A DNA stretch of 64,000 nt from contig CAVSOU010000008.1 of NCBI GenBank assembly GCA_963729625.1, forward strand, positions 288,001-352,000. The letters run 5' to 3'. The translations under genes were made by a program, and so were the position numbers. Of the stretch, positions 59,099 to 64,000 are shown piece after piece. The notes below the pieces were generated by a model that had not been told where the DNA came from, did no database searches, and worked only from the letters and a program-made list of their open reading frames with translations. The DNA is from an uncultured bacterium (GTDB lineage Bacteria > Chloroflexota > UBA5177 > JANWHV01). Numbering within the stretch: position 1 is the first letter of the stretch; each line of letters opens with the position of its first letter.

Positions 59099-59432
59099 TC
59101 CTTCAGGCTCCTCCCTAGAGTAAGCTGATTGCTTCTCAAGACTGCTTGCCTGTCTGCTCCCATACCTAGGCTATTCCAGGTTATCGGCCACGTCAGCGCC
59201 GTTTCCTCAGAATAAGCACAAGAGAACTGCTACATCTCTTCTGAAGCATTTTGCCGTCGGCAAACGCCTCGCACCAAGCTCAGCAGCGTCTCCAGCCGAT
59301 AAAGCACACTACGGTGATTCCTATTGTAATGCAGCGTCACCTATTACGCTACTAGTGGAGACGGCCAAATTGTATCTCATCGGCATCTTTCCCCGTCATC
59401 CACATGTGTCCGGCTGGGCTGGCTGTTGCTGG

Positions 59433-60497
59433 CTATCCCCGGATGTGGGCGTTGACGTGTTGAATGAGGATCTCGCGCACGCCGTCAAGGAGATGGTCGA
59501 GCCTGGTCATCATTTCGCGCAAGCGCGACGGATCGTCGTCAAGCGGCCGCAAATACTGGCGAAGCACGCAGCGATAGACGAACACCAGGAATATGGCGTA
59601 CTCGGCAATGATGCGCGGCCGGTCTTTCAGTGCGACGGTCTTGATATCTCGCACAAAAGCCTCGTCGGTGAAACCGCCGCGCCTGTTCTCCAGCGATTCG
59701 AGGATGAAACGATCTCCCTCAGCTACTATCGCGCGCACTTCCTCGAGCACTTCTTCAAGGCCGTTACGGCGCACGATGCCCCAGTCCTTGGCATATCTGG
59801 CGTCGAGCTCGATAGCCACCACAATCATCGCGGAAATGAAGCGCGCGCCGTCATTCATGGCGCGCATGCGATGGACGCGGTCCACCAGCAGGTCACAGGC
59901 TTCTCGCAACGCGTCGATAGCCGCGGTAGCCGATGTCTCGTCATCCAGCTCCGCGCTCTCGGCTTCGGGTTTGGTATCGGGAATGAGCGGAACGAGGTCC
60001 GCCTCTTCTCCGCCGATCAGGAGCTGTGCCCCAAGAATGGCAGGGGTCTCGCCACCAGCAGTCGTGCGGTCGCGCGAACCGGTTCTGGCGAGTGCCGGTT
60101 CCGGATCGGCGAACTCGCGCGATCGCTCCGGCTCAGGCTCCGGGTCGCTCGCGGCGCCGGCCATCGACGTTGCGGGCGGATCCGCGCTGCGCAGCGTGCG
60201 CAGGCCTGACGGCGGGGGGGCAACAGCAGATACGTTGTCGCTCGACAAAGGCTCGCCTTGCGGTATGAAGCGCGCAGCCTCTGGGGGGTTGGCGTCCAGC
60301 GCGTTCGTGATATCGTCGCCGTCAGTACCGAACAGTTCCTCGTCGCCGAGCACCCTGAGCTGAGGTTGCGACATCAGCGGATCGGCTATCTCGACATCTT
60401 GCTCGGGCTCGTGCTGCTGCTCTGCAGGCGCCTCGACCGAGGCAAGCGGCGCCATCTCAGTCTGGTCATCCCGCTTCCGGCGGCCAAAGAGCTTCAT
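59433..60497 (-). CDS. Hypothetical protein (acidic disordered N-half, helical C-domain), last gene of the chemosensory operon
   Basis: Long ORF co-oriented with the response regulators. Confidence 0.7.
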   Translation of the reverse strand: MKLFGRRKRDDQTEMAPLASVEAPAEQQHEPEQDVEIADPLMSQPQLRVLGDEELFGTDGDDITNALDANPPEAARFIPQGEPLSSDNVSAVAPPPSGLRTLRSADPPATSMAGAASDPEPEPERSREFADPEPALARTGSRDRTTAGGETPAILGAQLLIGGEEADLVPLIPDTKPEAESAELDDETSATAAIDALREACDLLVDRVHRMRAMNDGARFISAMIVVAIELDARYAKDWGIVRRNGLEEVLEEVRAIVAEGDRFILESLENRRGGFTDEAFVRDIKTVALKDRPRIIAEYAIFLVFVYRCVLRQYLRPLDDDPSRLREMMTRLDHLLDGVREILIQHVNAHIRG

Positions 60498-60548
60498 ACT
60501 CGATCACACTTCTTCACGCGAGATTGGCCAGACGCATGCGCATGGCAG

Positions 60549-61079
60549 CTAGCGGGATTGCGCAGTGCGCTCACCATAGTCACGCTCGATCTTGTCGAGG
60601 CGGCCTCGGACACGTGGGCTACCCAGGTACTTGTAGATGAAGTCAAGCAGTTGCTGCGTCTCTATCGGCTTGGTGAGATACTCGTTGGCGTGCGCGAGCT
60701 TACCCTTGATTCTGGGAATGAATCCTTTGGATGCGGTAAGCACAATAATGGGCGTGTCTTTCAAGATACTCTTTTTGAGTTGCCGGCACACTTCCAGGCC
60801 GCTGATATTCTTACCGAAAATTGGGTTGCCGTCCTTGTCAACCTCGTCGGTCGGCGGCGGCTCAATATTGATATCGAGGAGAATCAAGTTTGGTCGCTTG
60901 GTAAACGCAAGCGCGAGAGCATCGCGAGCATTTATCGCCCAGTGCAATTCGTATTCATCCGCCAGCGCATCGCGGAGATTGCGACGATGAGTCTTCGAAT
61001 CTTCTACGATAAGGATCCTCTGGCGCTCAGGGCCTTGCCCAGCCATGCTATTCATTGTCGATGTCTCCTTAGACCTCAA
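60549..61079 (-). CDS. CheY-like response regulator, PilG-like
   Basis: ILIVEDS, LILLD, IIVLTASKGFIPRIKGKLAHANEYLTKP. Confidence 0.88.
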   Translation of the reverse strand: MRSKETSTMNSMAGQGPERQRILIVEDSKTHRRNLRDALADEYELHWAINARDALALAFTKRPNLILLDINIEPPPTDEVDKDGNPIFGKNISGLEVCRQLKKSILKDTPIIVLTASKGFIPRIKGKLAHANEYLTKPIETQQLLDFIYKYLGSPRVRGRLDKIERDYGERTAQSR

Positions 61080-61159
61080 GGGTTAGGTATTGCAGCACTC
61101 TTACTGTGGCCAAGGTCACATCCCCATTTCTACGCGTTTGCACTGTTCAGCAGGAGGCC

Positions 61160-61627
61160 TTAGGAGGACAGGAGTCTGTCAACCGTCGCTACCAGCCCAT
61201 GTGCCGGATGGTCGAACTCGCCTTGAACTTTGCTGACGAACGCATTTGCCTGATTTGCCTTGGCGAAGGCTTCATCACTTGGCGTATTACGCGAGCTGAG
61301 CATGACAACGGGCGTCGTGCGATCCTCCTTGCGAAGGGTCCGCAGGATCTCATAGCCACCCCGCCGCGGCTCTGACAGCATGATGTCGAGCACGACCAGC
61401 GCCGGCGTGATCCCGCCCTGCCTTGCCGCATCCCAATCGGCGTAGTTGCTCACCGCGTGGACGCGATAGCCGGCAGCCTCCAGCGTGTTGATAATCGCCG
61501 CGCGGGACGTGGCGTCATCGTCCACTGCCATGATCAATGGACCGCTGCGCGGCCTGATTCTCGGGGTCGGCTTCACTTCAGGTTCCTCTGTTCGCTGAGG
61601 CGCTTTCCAGCGCCCGCCAAATAGCAT
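61160..61627 (-). CDS. CheY-like response regulator, PilH-like
   Basis: MAVDDD, VVLDIML, GYEILRTL, MLSSRNTPSDEAFA. Confidence 0.88.
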   Translation of the reverse strand: MLFGGRWKAPQRTEEPEVKPTPRIRPRSGPLIMAVDDDATSRAAIINTLEAAGYRVHAVSNYADWDAARQGGITPALVVLDIMLSEPRRGGYEILRTLRKEDRTTPVVMLSSRNTPSDEAFAKANQANAFVSKVQGEFDHPAHGLVATVDRLLSS

Positions 61628-61702
61628 TCTCGTTCTCCTTCGAAGTCAGCCTGCCGTATCGGGCCTCATGTGTATCGTGCCGATCCCCATTCACACATAC
61701 TG

Positions 61703-62089
61703 CTAGGACAAAGGAACGCAGGCGAGATCAAAGACCGGGATCGGTCTCCCGGTCGTGTTTGCCAGCCCAAACACCATGCCGTTACCCGCCAGAATAGGTG
61801 GAGGCGGATCGATGGGCAACCGCTGGAGCTGGCAGGTGTCAACGGCCAGCGCGCCCATGCCGGCGCGCACTACCAGCAGATACTGCGGCTGCTGCTGCAT
61901 CTCAGCTTGTCCCCAGAACCAGCCTGGATGGACCACTTGCAGGCCGTCGCACAGGCCAAGAATACCAGGCTGTTCAGCCTCCTCCCTGGCAAACGCTGGG
62001 CAAGGCCCGGTGGATTCTATCTGATCCGCGGCAAAAGCCATCTGATACGGGCCACTTGTGGCAACGTAGACTTCGAGCTCGACGCTCAT
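61703..62089 (-). CDS. CheW-like adaptor
   Basis: ALAVD...GRPIPVFDL; ATGA overlap with the cheA-like stop. Confidence 0.65.
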   Translation of the reverse strand: MSVELEVYVATSGPYQMAFAADQIESTGPCPAFAREEAEQPGILGLCDGLQVVHPGWFWGQAEMQQQPQYLLVVRAGMGALAVDTCQLQRLPIDPPPPILAGNGMVFGLANTTGRPIPVFDLACVPLS

Positions 62090-64000
62090 GATGCCGCCTC
62101 TCTCGCCTGGCCGACACTTTCGGCCAAAACCAAGTTTGTTGCGCTGAGCAACTCATCAGAGTCGAAGGGCTTCGTAAAGTAGCGCGTAACACCTGCAGCG
62201 AGCGCTGCGGCCCGGTGACGTGCTTGTTGGCGAGACGTGATCATAAATACAGGCACCGTGGCGCCGCCATTCGGCAACAAACGCAATGCTGTGAGCGCCT
62301 CAAGGCCATCCATGCCGGGCATTTCCATATCCAGCGTAATCACGTCCGGCATCTGGCGGATACAGAAGTTCAGCGCATCGTGTCCATCGACTGCTTCTTG
62401 CACGGTGAAGCCTGCCTTGCTGAGCGTGTCGCGAAGCGCGCGCCGCATGGTCTGGCTGTCATCGACCACCAGAATGGTGTAGGCGATCCTGGCGGCAGCG
62501 GCCTTCGGCGCCTCAACCATAAGGGCGCCTGCGCGATCGACGAGCGTCGGCAGGTCGAGGATAGGCAGAATATGGCCGCCGCCGCCAACCGCGTAGCCAA
62601 GCAGGCCGCAGTGCTGGCGCAGGTACCGCGGCGCAGGTCGCACCGGAAGGTACTGGCTACCGCGGACCTCATCGACCACGATTGCGCCGTTTCTCCCGGC
62701 TACTTCAAGCAGCGTGGCGCGTCCCGCTTCGCCGTCCCCTGCCGGGCCATCGGCGAGTGTCACCGCGAAGACGGGCAGCTCCTTGCCGCCGGCCTGAACG
62801 CTCTGTCCCGGTCTCAGGCTGTTGAGCTCGGCGTACGGCACCGAATGCGTGGCAATCATCTGTGTGATCGGTATGGCGACCAAGTTGTGCCCTTCGCGCA
62901 CCACCTCGACCCGCATCATGGCCAGCGAGCGCGGCAGAATGATGCTGAATGTCGTGCCCTGGCCGAGAACCGAGTGGACGTCGATATGGCCGTTCAGAGC
63001 AGCAACTGCATCCTGTGCGCTCTTCATGCCAATGCCGCGACCGGACATGGCCGTCACCGCGGAGACGGTGCTAAAGCCAGGTCGCCAGATGAGACCGATC
63101 TTGTCAGCCACGGACATGGTCGCTACCTCGTCCGCCGTGACGAGGCCACGTGCGAGAGCAGCGGCGGCAACGCCATCCGCATCGATGCCGCGGCCGTCAT
63201 CGATGACGTCGATAGCCACGCCATCGCCCGTAGACCGGCCGCGAATAGTCAGGTGGCCCGCGAGTGTCTTCCCGGCCGCGATACGGCTTGCCGTGCTCGC
63301 CTCGATACCATGGTCGAGCGCATTGTTGATCAAGTGCATCATCGGCTCGAACACAGCCTCGGCAATACGCCCGTCGAGCACCAGATTGCCCCCGTCGAGA
63401 GCAAAGGTGACCTGCTTGTGCAGGCGGCGGCTGGCCGAGCGAACGGCATGGGCCAGGCGATCCTCGATTTGCGACAGTGGAATCATGCTGATGTCGAGCA
63501 AGGCGCGTTGGGCGCTGAGCGCCTTGTCTGCCTGCATCTCGACCTGAGCGGTTGTTTCGGCGAGATCGCGACGAAGGTTGATGTCGGATTCTTCGAGGTC
63601 AGCCAGGGCCTCGTCAAGCTGCCCAAGCAGCACGTCAACTGTCGTAAACTCCTCCTTTTCGAGGAGATCCCAATCGCCGGTACGTCGAGTGGTTCGCACC
63701 AACTCCGAACGCAGGCCCGCGAGCTCTGAGCCCACTCGCTCGATCAGGGTGCGCAGGCGCACGCCACTGCGGCGACTCTCGACGCGTTGCTGCGACATAC
63801 GGCTGACCAGGCTTTGCAGGGCATCGCGTGTCACCGACAGATCTTCGAGTGCCGTCAAAGCACTGCGCACGCTGGCGTCCGTGCCAAAATCCCGCAGCCG
63901 GCGCGGCGACGTCTCCACGGGCAATCCACGATCGCGACGGGTGACGGGCAGCTCTAGCCGAGAGAGCGGTTTCAGCGCCGTGTTCCGCAAGACCTGGAGC
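62086..64000 (-). CDS. CheA/ChpA-like hybrid kinase (5' part outside the window)
   Basis: HLINNALDHGIE, DDGRGID, PGFST...SGRGIGM, GQGTTF, CheW domain, C-terminal REC (VVDDS, LDMEMP, TKP). Confidence 0.95.
   Translation of the reverse strand, partial: LQVLRNTALKPLSRLELPVTRRDRGLPVETSPRRLRDFGTDASVRSALTALEDLSVTRDALQSLVSRMSQQRVESRRSGVRLRTLIERVGSELAGLRSELVRTTRRTGDWDLLEKEEFTTVDVLLGQLDEALADLEESDINLRRDLAETTAQVEMQADKALSAQRALLDISMIPLSQIEDRLAHAVRSASRRLHKQVTFALDGGNLVLDGRIAEAVFEPMMHLINNALDHGIEASTASRIAAGKTLAGHLTIRGRSTGDGVAIDVIDDGRGIDADGVAAAALARGLVTADEVATMSVADKIGLIWRPGFSTVSAVTAMSGRGIGMKSAQDAVAALNGHIDVHSVLGQGTTFSIILPRSLAMMRVEVVREGHNLVAIPITQMIATHSVPYAELNSLRPGQSVQAGGKELPVFAVTLADGPAGDGEAGRATLLEVAGRNGAIVVDEVRGSQYLPVRPAPRYLRQHCGLLGYAVGGGGHILPILDLPTLVDRAGALMVEAPKAAAARIAYTILVVDDSQTMRRALRDTLSKAGFTVQEAVDGHDALNFCIRQMPDVITLDMEMPGMDGLEALTALRLLPNGGATVPVFMITSRQQARHRAAALAAGVTRYFTKPFDSDELLSATNLVLAESVGQAREAAS

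Overview
GC-rich bacterial chromosomal window. Gene content (XRE/BTAD-STAND regulators, DUF6788, Uma2 remnant, GAAC-N4-GTTC-type SOS box) suggests Chloroflexota; this is inference. The left end (1-4260) is a minus-strand phage-derived cassette: portal, holin-like protein, GH25 endolysin, papain-like protease and HTH protein. Its host-type sigma70 promoter carries a LexA-like operator, REP-like hairpins sit between genes, and no terminase or capsid gene lies next to the portal. An accessory region follows (about 5.7-39.5 kb). It holds large STAND regulators, secreted proteins, an orphan Hcp tube gene without T6SS machinery, IS1182 scars, BioY, a LacI-sensor kinase and a PAS-GGDEF-EAL protein. 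The right third has polyol dehydrogenases, TetR plus a permease with a nested triplicated domain, an M20 peptidase and methyltransferases. It also has a ClpE-like ATPase, a catalytically dead IS200 TnpA homolog, a KimA-like transporter, an EspR-like regulator and the distal part of a Pil-Chp-like chemosensory operon. Several genes carry single-base frameshifts (decay or assembly error). No rRNA, tRNA or CRISPR array was seen.
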